DNA of 25,239 bases from an uncultured archaeon (lineage in GTDB: Archaea; Asgardarchaeota; Lokiarchaeia; Sigyniarchaeales; SOKP01): contig CAZBPC010000047.1 in assembly GCA_964493715.1 (NCBI GenBank), forward strand, positions 1 to 25,239, written 5' to 3'. The notes beneath the pieces were generated by a model. That model was not told where the DNA came from, did not search any database, and saw only the letters and a program-made list of their open reading frames with translations. Made by a program: the position numbers and the translations under genes. This document shows, piece after piece, positions 7,463 to 15,494 of this stretch (positions within the stretch are counted from its first letter, which is position 1; each line of letters starts with the position of its first letter).

Positions 7463-10372
7463 ATGAAAAATAAAGAATATCTTTATGTTAGGTTTTTCGA
7501 TGACCTAAAAGTTTATGATGTACCATTAGTTGGTGGGAAAAATGCATCACTTGGGGAATTACTTAGTTTTGGAATTCCAGTCCCCCTGGGATTTGCTGTT
7601 ACTGCTAAAGCGTACGATTATATTTTAGAAACGAATTATTTTAGGATTAAAGAAGAAGAAATTACTTTAAAAAAGTATATTGATCGTGAAATCAGAAAGA
7701 TTGCAATCGAATTGAAAAATGAAGATATTAAGTCAATTCAAAAAGTAGATAAAATTTGTGCTGATATCAGATATGTGATCGAATCAGCGGTCATTCCCGA
7801 TAGTGTTAAAGATGAGATTTTAGATGCGTATCATAAATTATTGGAAAGAATTGGAAATGAAACAACTTTTGCAATCAGAAGTTCTGCGACTGCAGAAGAT
7901 TTACCCGATGCTTCTTTTGCTGGGCAGCAAGATACTCATCTGAATATTTCAGGGGAAGAACAAATTTTAGAGTACATCCTCAAAGATATGGCTTCTGTAT
8001 TTACCACAAGGGCAACAATGTATCGTGAAAGAGCCGGATTCGATCATTTTGCCGTTAAATTGAGTGTAGGAGTTCAAGAAATTGCCGGAGGATTAGAAGG
8101 AGTTAAAGCCTCTGGTGTCATGTTTACTGAAGATCCTGATTCAGGCAATCCTAACGTGGTAGTAATAAGAGCAACTTGGGGTCTTGGGGAATTAATTGTT
8201 CAAGGTGTTGAAAAAGGTGATGAATTTATCGTTTTTAAACATGCCGCGAAATTACAAATTATCAATCGAAGTTTGGTAAAGAAAGAACAAAAAATGATCT
8301 TTGATAAGAATAAAGGAGGGACAATTACCACTTCTGTTGATGAAAAGGAACAACGAAAATTCTGTTTAGATGATAAACAAGTTTTAATCTTGGCCGACTA
8401 TGCTAAGAAAATTCGGGATCATTATGAATGCCCAATGGATATTGAATGGGCTTTAGGAAATGATGATAAAATATACATCGTTCAAGCTAGACCTGAAACA
8501 GTACATTCTCAAAAAGGTGATATTGAAGAAATTTTCTACCTCTTAGAGGATCCTAAAAGTCTGATCGAGAATGGATATTTAATTGAAAACTCGGGAACAG
8601 CGATAGGACGACGTATTGGATATGGAAAAGTTAAGGTTATTGAATCAATTAATGATGCATACCTTTTAGAAAAAGGAGATTTACTTATTACTGAAGAAAC
8701 AAATCCAGATTGGACATCATATATGGAAGATTTAGGTGGGGTCGTAACTGAACGAGGAGGACCAACTTGCCATGCGGCAATAGTATCTAGAGAGCTAAAT
8801 ATTCCTTCAATAGTAGGTGCTGATAATATCATTGAAGTAATAAAAGAAAAGCAAAGGCAGCAAGATTTAAACCATATTACTATCGATTGCAGTACTGGAG
8901 AATCAAGATTATGGATGAAAGAAGTGGAGTATGATTTTGATACCATTGAATTCGCCCAATTACCTAAAACCAAAACCCAAGTTTTGGTAAATCTCGGAAT
9001 CCCTAAAGGTGCTTTAAGTTCTGGTAAGTATCCAGATGGTACGGGATTGGCACGATTAGAATTTATCATAAACGATCAAATTCAAATTCATCCCAACGCT
9101 TTAATCGATTATGAGGCATTACAAATGCGTTATGATATCCTTCTTGAACATCGTAAGCGAATTGAATCCATAAAAAAAAGTGATTTATATCATAAAGATC
9201 CGTTTAACGTAGAAATCAAACGTTTAAAAGATACTATTGATAAAATCGAAGAATTAACAGTAGGATTTGATGATAAAGAAGAATTTTATATTGAAAAACT
9301 CGCTGAAGGTATCGCTACTATTGCAGCAGGAGTTTGGAAAGTATTACCTGATGGTGATATTGCTCCATGTGTCGTGCGTTTATCAGATTTTAAAACTAAT
9401 GAATATCAAAATTTGTTAGGCGGATGGGTCTATGAAAGTGTTGAGAATAATCCAATGTTGGGCTTTAGAGGCTGTTCTCGTTATACATCTAATGATTTTC
9501 AGAATGCCTTTTTGCTAGAATTAAGAGCATTAAAAAAAGCAAGAGATTGGGGGCTAATAAATATTATCCCAATGCTTCCTTTCTGTCGATCTCCCGAAGA
9601 ATGTAAAAAGATTATAGAACTGATGGAAGGAGAAGGCTTGATTCGAGGTCAGGACTCGTTAAAGGTATTTGTTATGGCGGAAATCCCCTCAAATATTATC
9701 TTAGCGGATCGATTTTGTGAAATAATTGATGGATTTTCAATAGGTAGTAATGATTTGACAATGCTAACTTATGGTGTTGATAGAGATGAAGCAAAACTAA
9801 TTCCAATAGCAAAAAGAAATTCTTATAATACAAATACTGAAGCAATGCGACGATCAATAAGTCATCTAATTAAAACAGCACACGATCTTGGGAAAAAGGT
9901 AGGAATTTGTGGACAAGCACCTAGTGACGATCCTGAATTCTTGAGATTTTTAGTGCAGGAAGGAATAGATTCAATCTCCCTTAATTTTGATACCTTTGCG
10001 CGCGGTAGAATCAATACATGGCGTACGGAAATCATCGAAGCTAATTTAAGTACAGAAAACAAATTAAAATCATATGAATTTCTGGATAAATGTGATAAAT
10101 TAATTGATAAAATTCGTCTGCCACGAGGAACACTTAGAAACATGTTAAGAAAGCAAAGAGAGAAAAGTCCTACCAAATTAAAGGATGTGACAGAACAATT
10201 CGACCAACTTTATAAGAATGTTAATAATATCTCTCATGACTTCATTTTAGGACTTAAAGAGATATCTACAGATTTCGATTCTTTCTTCCAAATATATAAT
10301 TCAAAAATAAAAGAGCTTGAAGAATTATTACCCAAACTCATATCAGAAATTAGAGAATTTGGGATCTTCTAA
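7463..10372 (+). CDS. ppsA: Phosphoenolpyruvate synthase (pyruvate,water dikinase) with a C-terminal extension
   Basis: VGGKNASLGE, RSSATAEDLPDASFAGQQDT, DIEWA...QARPETVHS, phospho-His motif GGPTCHAAIVSRE, NPMLGFRG, FSIGSNDLT and GICGQAPS. Confidence 0.95.
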   Translation: MKNKEYLYVRFFDDLKVYDVPLVGGKNASLGELLSFGIPVPLGFAVTAKAYDYILETNYFRIKEEEITLKKYIDREIRKIAIELKNEDIKSIQKVDKICADIRYVIESAVIPDSVKDEILDAYHKLLERIGNETTFAIRSSATAEDLPDASFAGQQDTHLNISGEEQILEYILKDMASVFTTRATMYRERAGFDHFAVKLSVGVQEIAGGLEGVKASGVMFTEDPDSGNPNVVVIRATWGLGELIVQGVEKGDEFIVFKHAAKLQIINRSLVKKEQKMIFDKNKGGTITTSVDEKEQRKFCLDDKQVLILADYAKKIRDHYECPMDIEWALGNDDKIYIVQARPETVHSQKGDIEEIFYLLEDPKSLIENGYLIENSGTAIGRRIGYGKVKVIESINDAYLLEKGDLLITEETNPDWTSYMEDLGGVVTERGGPTCHAAIVSRELNIPSIVGADNIIEVIKEKQRQQDLNHITIDCSTGESRLWMKEVEYDFDTIEFAQLPKTKTQVLVNLGIPKGALSSGKYPDGTGLARLEFIINDQIQIHPNALIDYEALQMRYDILLEHRKRIESIKKSDLYHKDPFNVEIKRLKDTIDKIEELTVGFDDKEEFYIEKLAEGIATIAAGVWKVLPDGDIAPCVVRLSDFKTNEYQNLLGGWVYESVENNPMLGFRGCSRYTSNDFQNAFLLELRALKKARDWGLINIIPMLPFCRSPEECKKIIELMEGEGLIRGQDSLKVFVMAEIPSNIILADRFCEIIDGFSIGSNDLTMLTYGVDRDEAKLIPIAKRNSYNTNTEAMRRSISHLIKTAHDLGKKVGICGQAPSDDPEFLRFLVQEGIDSISLNFDTFARGRINTWRTEIIEANLSTENKLKSYEFLDKCDKLIDKIRLPRGTLRNMLRKQREKSPTKLKDVTEQFDQLYKNVNNISHDFILGLKEISTDFDSFFQIYNSKIKELEELLPKLISEIREFGIF

Positions 10373-10434
10373 TTATGTATTTTATGTATACAAATAATTT
10401 AAATAAAAGAAAGAACGATTAAATTCATAAAAAT

Positions 10435-10710
10435 CTAATCTTTAATCTTTTCTAATATTGACATAATCCGGTAAATCGTTGTTCTAGAATGAAAAGGAAT
10501 ATTCGCATCCATGGTAAGGTCATCTACTAAGTAAATAACATTTGCGGCAAGAATAGCATCAGTGGCATCCTCATCTTCGCGTGAAAGTTCATCAATACCT
10601 TTTTGGGCAACTCGTTTAATATTTCTCGGTACTGCACGGTCTTGAATCATTGCCTCTAATAAAATTTTAACTTGTTCAAAAGCTTCTTTGGCTTCATCAT
10701 GGGTAGGCAC
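10435..10710 (-). CDS. UPF0147 family protein
   Basis: DRAVPRNIKRVA and DANIPFHSRTTIY match this archaeal family. GTG start preceded by AGGTG. Confidence 0.88.
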   Translation of the reverse strand: MPTHDEAKEAFEQVKILLEAMIQDRAVPRNIKRVAQKGIDELSREDEDATDAILAANVIYLVDDLTMDANIPFHSRTTIYRIMSILEKIKD

Positions 10711-10893
10711 TTCTAAAACACCTAATAATGTATAAGAAGAATTTATTTCACAGTAGTAAATTTTTCTTCAATTTTATATTTTTTGAAGAGACAAGTATAT
10801 TTAATATTGGTTAATTTTATTAATTGCGAGAGTTAAGTATTTTTACTATTACTTAATTTTATTAGTTGCGATTTTAAATTGCATCAATTCGGT

Positions 10894-10967
10894 GGGAAAG
10901 TAGTCTAGATTGGTATGATTCTAGGTTCGGAACCTAGAGGTCGGGGGTTCAAATCCCCTCTTTCCCA
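10894..10967 (+). tRNA. tRNA-Pro (anticodon CGG), intronless, CCA not encoded
   Basis: Cloverleaf: acceptor GGGAAAG/CTTTCCC, D-arm GTCT-AGATTGGTA-TGAT, anticodon arm CTAGG-TTCGGAA-CCTAG, variable loop AGGTC, T-arm GGGGG-TTCAAAT-CCCCT, discriminator A. Confidence 0.95.
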
Positions 10968-11049
10968 TCTATTTCTCAAAACTATGAATTATTTGAAGAT
11001 TAGATCTCTTAGTCTTATTTTGATTTTAAAGGTAGAGATATACAAATTT

Positions 11050-11082
11050 TCGTGAAAGCAGAGTTTCACGATCTTTTTTTTT
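11050..11082 (+). terminator. Hairpin plus T-tract downstream of tRNA-Pro (terminator or palindromic protein-binding site)
   Basis: TCGTGAAA-GCAGAG-TTTCACGA perfect 8-bp inverted repeat (11050-11071), followed by T9 (11074-11082). Confidence 0.55.
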
Positions 11083-11224
11083 AGCCAAAAACTATGACTA
11101 AATCATCTTTAAAATGCTCCTTTTTGAAATGCCTATATATAAAAACCCATAATATATCAATATTATAACTTAATGTTTCAACATTCCAATTATCTAATAA
11201 CATATAATATAGATTTAATCAGCA

Positions 11225-12280
11225 ATGAGCGGCGAGTTAATTCATGCAATTGTTTATACTGAGTTCAATGATGCAATCGGTCCAAATCCATTATTCTATC
11301 TTCCAAAAGAATTGCCAGAAAACATTCGAATGCTTGTTGGAATAAAAACGATCACTATCTTATCAGGAGATCATGGATTTATTCCAGATTCGCTCATAAT
11401 CATACCCTTTCCATCAATTAAATTAAAAGGAATCATTAAATATATAGAAAGGCACGATTACACTAGAAGAGGAAACGTCGCGCAGTCTGCTATAACTTTT
11501 TTATTTAAAGAAATCGATGATATTATATTTTACAAATACATAGATTATCTCGATGCCCCTTTTAACGAAACGGCAAGAATTATTGGAGAATTGCAGTCTC
11601 AAAACGCTCCCCATGAAAGGATTTCAGAAGAATTAAAATACTTACGAGATAATATCTGTACGATGCTTATACAACTTAGAGCTAAAGAAAACATGCAATC
11701 TTTTACAAAACCGTTCCCAGAGATATCAACACAAGAGGACAAAGTTATTGAATATAAAATTAAATTAGCCATTTGTGGAGATCCAGGGGTGGGAAAAACA
11801 AGCACCATACTTAGATTTACGGATAATGCGTTCAGCAGAAGATATTTGCCAACGATGGGCGTTTCCATTAGTGATAAATTATTTAGAGTTAAACAAAATG
11901 TGGTAGAGCTGATTTTATGGGATGTGGCTGGTCAAACTAAATTTCAAAAAATGCGCAGGCACTTCTACCAAGGAAGTGAAGCGATCGTATTAGTTTTTGA
12001 CCTTACCAATCCCAAAAGTTTTGATAGTATTCGGGAATGGCATACCGATATCCGAAAAAATCTTTCACGTGAAAATGATATGATTGGGTATATTTTTGGA
12101 AATAAATGTGACATGATAAAAGAACGAAAAATTAGCAAAGAAGATGCTAAAGAACTCGCAAGGGATTTAAATTTATTCTATACAGAGATATCAGCCCTTA
12201 CAGGTGAAAATGTAGAGTTCTCTTTTTACCAGATTGCGGAAGCTGTTTTAGAATCTAAAGTTGAGCCAATGTATAATTAA
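11225..12280 (+). CDS. Longin/uDENN-like domain fused to a Rab-like small GTPase
   Basis: C-terminal G domain: GDPGVGKTS, PTMG, WDVAGQ, HFYQG, GNKCD, EISA. The N-terminus AIVYTEFNDAIGPNPLFYLP has the F-x(4)-GP pattern of uDENN/longin domains. Confidence 0.9.
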   Translation: MSGELIHAIVYTEFNDAIGPNPLFYLPKELPENIRMLVGIKTITILSGDHGFIPDSLIIIPFPSIKLKGIIKYIERHDYTRRGNVAQSAITFLFKEIDDIIFYKYIDYLDAPFNETARIIGELQSQNAPHERISEELKYLRDNICTMLIQLRAKENMQSFTKPFPEISTQEDKVIEYKIKLAICGDPGVGKTSTILRFTDNAFSRRYLPTMGVSISDKLFRVKQNVVELILWDVAGQTKFQKMRRHFYQGSEAIVLVFDLTNPKSFDSIREWHTDIRKNLSRENDMIGYIFGNKCDMIKERKISKEDAKELARDLNLFYTEISALTGENVEFSFYQIAEAVLESKVEPMYN

Positions 12281-12397
12281 GTATTCTGGTTATCTCTTTT
12301 GACCTTAAATAAAGTTATAATATAATCAAAGTAACGTTTAATTTAATGCAACTTTCTTTCTTTAATACGTTAAAGATTAAATGTTGAGAGGGTAATC

Positions 12398-12973
12398 ATG
12401 GATATTGAAGAAGCTATATATGCAAGAAGAACAATTAGAAGGTTTAGACAAACTCCAATACCCATGGAAACATTAAAAAAGTTAATTGATTTAGCAAGGG
12501 TAGCTCCAATGGCAAAAAATGTTCAAGCATTGGAGTTTGTAATAGTGCAAAGTCCCGAACATGTTAAAAAAGTATTTATCATGATAAGATTTGCGGGTTC
12601 CTTACCTGAAAATGAACGAAAACCAGAACCTGGAAGAGAACAGACTGCTTTCATCGTTGTAATGGTTAATACGGATATAAAAAAAGAATATGTTGATTTT
12701 GATGTCGGTGCTGCTGTAGAAAATATTTTACTTGGCGCGGTTAAGTATAACATTGGTTGTTGCTGGATGGGTAATATCGATAAAAATGATATTCAAAATT
12801 ATTTTAAAATCCCTAAAAATTATGAAATTAAACATGTTATAAGTTTAGGTTATCCAGATGAAGTTTCGGTAACAGAATCATTCAAAAATTCCTTTAAATA
12901 TTGGAAAAATCCCGATGGTACCATGCATGTACCAAAAAGAGATTTAGATGATATTATTTACAACAAATATTAA
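12398..12973 (+). CDS. Nitroreductase family flavoprotein
   Basis: RRTIRRF, APMAKNVQALEF, DVGAAVENILLGA, IGCCWMG and ISLGYP. Confidence 0.93.
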   Translation: MDIEEAIYARRTIRRFRQTPIPMETLKKLIDLARVAPMAKNVQALEFVIVQSPEHVKKVFIMIRFAGSLPENERKPEPGREQTAFIVVMVNTDIKKEYVDFDVGAAVENILLGAVKYNIGCCWMGNIDKNDIQNYFKIPKNYEIKHVISLGYPDEVSVTESFKNSFKYWKNPDGTMHVPKRDLDDIIYNKY

Positions 12974-12976
12974 AAT

Positions 12977-13534
12977 TTAATAGATGTTATCTAATTTTTT
13001 ATATTTATGGTATAGGTTATTTATAATTACTTGAAAGGCTTTAATGATACCCTCACCTGTTAAAGCAGACGTCATAAAATGTCCTAAAAAATCGTTGCTT
13101 CGAGTCAATTTTGAAATTTTTGATTCCTCAAGAATATTCTTATCAACTAAATCCACTTTATTACCCAAAAGGATGATTGGAATCTTTCCACAGAATTTTT
13201 TAATATCATTATGCCAATTAGAAATATGTTTAAAACTGTTTTTTCCTAGTTGGTTATTCTCTAGAGAATATACAATAATGGCAGCCATACTTTCTTTATA
13301 AAATGAGGGACGTAGAAAAAAAAATTCATCTTGTCCTGCAATATCCCATAAAGAAAGTGTACAAGTATCTCCCTCAATATTTTGATTATATTTAGAAAAT
13401 TGGGCACCGATGGTTCGAATATAATCAGTTTGAAAACTTTCGTGAGTAAATTTCTTAATTAATGATGTTTTACCAACCATTCCATCTCCAATTACCGTTA
13501 TTTTAAAATGAAATTCTTCTTTCGTGCTTGACAT
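12977..13534 (-). CDS. Stand-alone Rab-like small GTPase
   Basis: GDGMVGKTS, TIG, WDIAGQ, LRPSFY, GNKVD and TSA; no C-terminal prenylation cysteines. Confidence 0.93.
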   Translation of the reverse strand: MSSTKEEFHFKITVIGDGMVGKTSLIKKFTHESFQTDYIRTIGAQFSKYNQNIEGDTCTLSLWDIAGQDEFFFLRPSFYKESMAAIIVYSLENNQLGKNSFKHISNWHNDIKKFCGKIPIILLGNKVDLVDKNILEESKISKLTRSNDFLGHFMTSALTGEGIIKAFQVIINNLYHKYKKLDNIY

Positions 13535-13685
13535 TGCTTTAACAAATGATCCGTAAATTTAATCATGAATCTATATATTTCTAATCAAGATTTTTACAAA
13601 AACATAATTATGTACCTTTTATCTTTTCAAAACGCTTTAAAATTATTAAAAAAATAGAAACTTAGTATTTATAAGATGATTTGAA

Positions 13686-14471
13686 ATGGAATATAAGATC
13701 GAGCATAAAATGGAAAGCTTGTTTGGATTGTTAGGAATTATCATCGCAATGATTTTTATATTAACTGCGGCTATTTTAACTCCAAATTATAATCCATTAC
13801 TAAATTCGGTAAGTTCTTTAGGAGAAGGAGAGGCAAAATCCTTATTTAGTATAGGATTTGTAATTGCTGGATCTTTAGGCATACCATTTTTTATTCAACT
13901 CGAAAGAGAACTAATGAATATAAAGGAAAGCATTAGAAGATTAGCTACGGGGGTATCAATTTTCAGCTGTGTTTGTATAGGTTTAGTAGGAATAATCCCT
14001 GATAAGTCATATCTTGATTTATTTTTCATTTTCCACTATTCTGTTGCATTTATAAGTTTTGCAGGGACATCAGCTTATATTGGATTATATAGTATTTTAA
14101 TGTATATAGGGAGTTCATCAATAAGCTATATTGGTCCTAAATTTAAAAGATATTTATCTTATCTGGGAATGGTAATTGTCATCGTTTTTTTTATATTATT
14201 ATTTTCTTTATATTCTATCGTTGAATGGATATTAACGATCCTAATCATTATTTGGATCTTAATTACATCACTTCAAATGCTCTTCTTCAAGTTTTTCAAT
14301 ATTCCAGGAGTATATTATAGAAAAGCAGATTATCCAAAAGCTTTAAATAAATTTGAGCAAGCCTTTGAAATTCTTAATCATCTTGAGTTAACAGACGAGC
14401 CAATAATGAAGAAACTTGAAGAAAATATCAGCTTTTTAAAAGATAAATTAAAAACCAGTAAAAAAGTGTAA
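13686..14471 (+). CDS. DUF998-like multi-pass membrane protein with a C-terminal TPR-like helical tail
   Basis: YNPLLNSVSSLG, GLVGIIP and H..VAF motifs across ~6 TM helices. The tail GVYYRKADYPKALNKFEQAFEI resembles a TPR motif. Confidence 0.75.
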   Translation: MEYKIEHKMESLFGLLGIIIAMIFILTAAILTPNYNPLLNSVSSLGEGEAKSLFSIGFVIAGSLGIPFFIQLERELMNIKESIRRLATGVSIFSCVCIGLVGIIPDKSYLDLFFIFHYSVAFISFAGTSAYIGLYSILMYIGSSSISYIGPKFKRYLSYLGMVIVIVFFILLFSLYSIVEWILTILIIIWILITSLQMLFFKFFNIPGVYYRKADYPKALNKFEQAFEILNHLELTDEPIMKKLEENISFLKDKLKTSKKV

Positions 14472-14594
14472 TGTTAAGGGAAAAAAATTTATCTAAATTG
14501 ATAAGTTATAAATTTTGAGAAAGTAATTCGAAATTAAAAATAACATTATTCCTATATTAAATCTTTTCAATCTATTTACCAATTAGCCTGTAAT

Positions 14595-15153
14595 TTAAAA
14601 GATATCACCTAAAAGTCTGTATAAAGGGAAGGATTGTAGATCCTTTTCATTTTTATCCCAAGAATAAAGGATTAAATCGTCAATCTTAATACCAGATTTC
14701 ATCTTTTTTTGGAGTAATCTTCTTATTTGTCCCTTTATGTTCTCTCTCTTTTTTTAATTGACGTATTTTATTGTTTTCTTGTATATTTTTTATGCGTGCT
14801 TTATATTTTCCAATATCGGATTTATTATCATATTCTGATTCTATAGTTTCTAGCTTGTTGTTAAGTTCTTCAATTGAGAACTCAAGCTTTTTTTTCTCTT
14901 GGATAAAATCAATAAAGAAATTAGCAAGGAGATTTTCATAAGATCCATAAATCTCACGTAATTTATTTTATTTTTTTGTGAATAAGAGCTTTTTGATAAA
15001 GTCCTTTTCGGCATTTAATTGCTGTAAGTAGGTAAAGATGGCGTTAAAGAAATCTATTACTTTCATTTCATCGGAGCTATTTCGTTCTACATTTATCAAG
15101 ATTTTAATTATTTCCCTTTCAAGTAACTTCTCTGCCTTCTCACTTAAAGACGT
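14595..15153 (-). pseudogene. Decayed helical/coiled-coil hypothetical gene
   Basis: Hand translation: (ACG)SLSEKAEKLLEREIIKIL...LFTKK* (TAA 14970-14968), then the same frame continues NKLREIYGSYENLLANFFIDF...KIRQLKKER. An apparent frameshift in an A/AG tract (~14740-14755) leads to ENIKGQIRRLLQKKMK...YRLLGDIF* (TAA 14597-14595). Confidence 0.6.
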
Positions 15154-15166
15154 ATAGAAAGAGATT

Positions 15167-15250
15167 AAAAAAAAAATGTAAAAAAAGCCCTCTTAATTCG
15201 AGAAACCCCACCCTGTTAAGGTTTCCTCACCCTGGATCTTTTCTTTTACA
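15167..15250 (-). ncRNA. Candidate structured small RNA or cis-regulatory leader
   Basis: GC-richer island closed by TGTAAAA/TTTTACA, with inner stem GAAACCTT/GGGGTTTC (G-U pairs favour the minus strand). TATTTAA box about 23-29 nt upstream and T10 tract at the 3' end. Confidence 0.4.
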
Positions 15251-15494
15251 ATTAAGTAATGTATGAGCTAAGTTAAATAGGTTTGTTACCTATTTTGGGT
15301 AATTTTTGAGAAATGTCCCCAATTTAGGTTAAAAAATTTTGAATAAAGATATTTTAGGACTCTATGAGAATATTTTATGAATTTACATTGTCTTAATTCT
15401 TATAGCGCATTGCAAATTTACAATAAATATATAAATCATAAGTTCTCTTGTTATTACACAATTTAAAAAAAATTCAAATTACAAAAAAAATCTT

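Noticed and set aside
10894-10967. tRNA-Arg(TCG) reading, or the tRNA as an integration site
   Set aside because: Stem pairing centres the 7-nt loop on CGG. No duplicate of the tRNA 3' end and no integrase was seen in the window.
15196-15235. SECIS element (GTGA...AA...GA hairpin resembles eukaryote/Loki-type SECIS)
   Set aside because: No selenoprotein-like ORF with an in-frame TGA lies upstream on the minus strand, and the stem needs a bulge next to the GA quartet. Kept only as a generic structured-RNA candidate.
15177-15250. MITE with TGTAAAA terminal inverted repeats
   Set aside because: Single copy in the window, short low-complexity repeats, no clear target-site duplication and no transposase.
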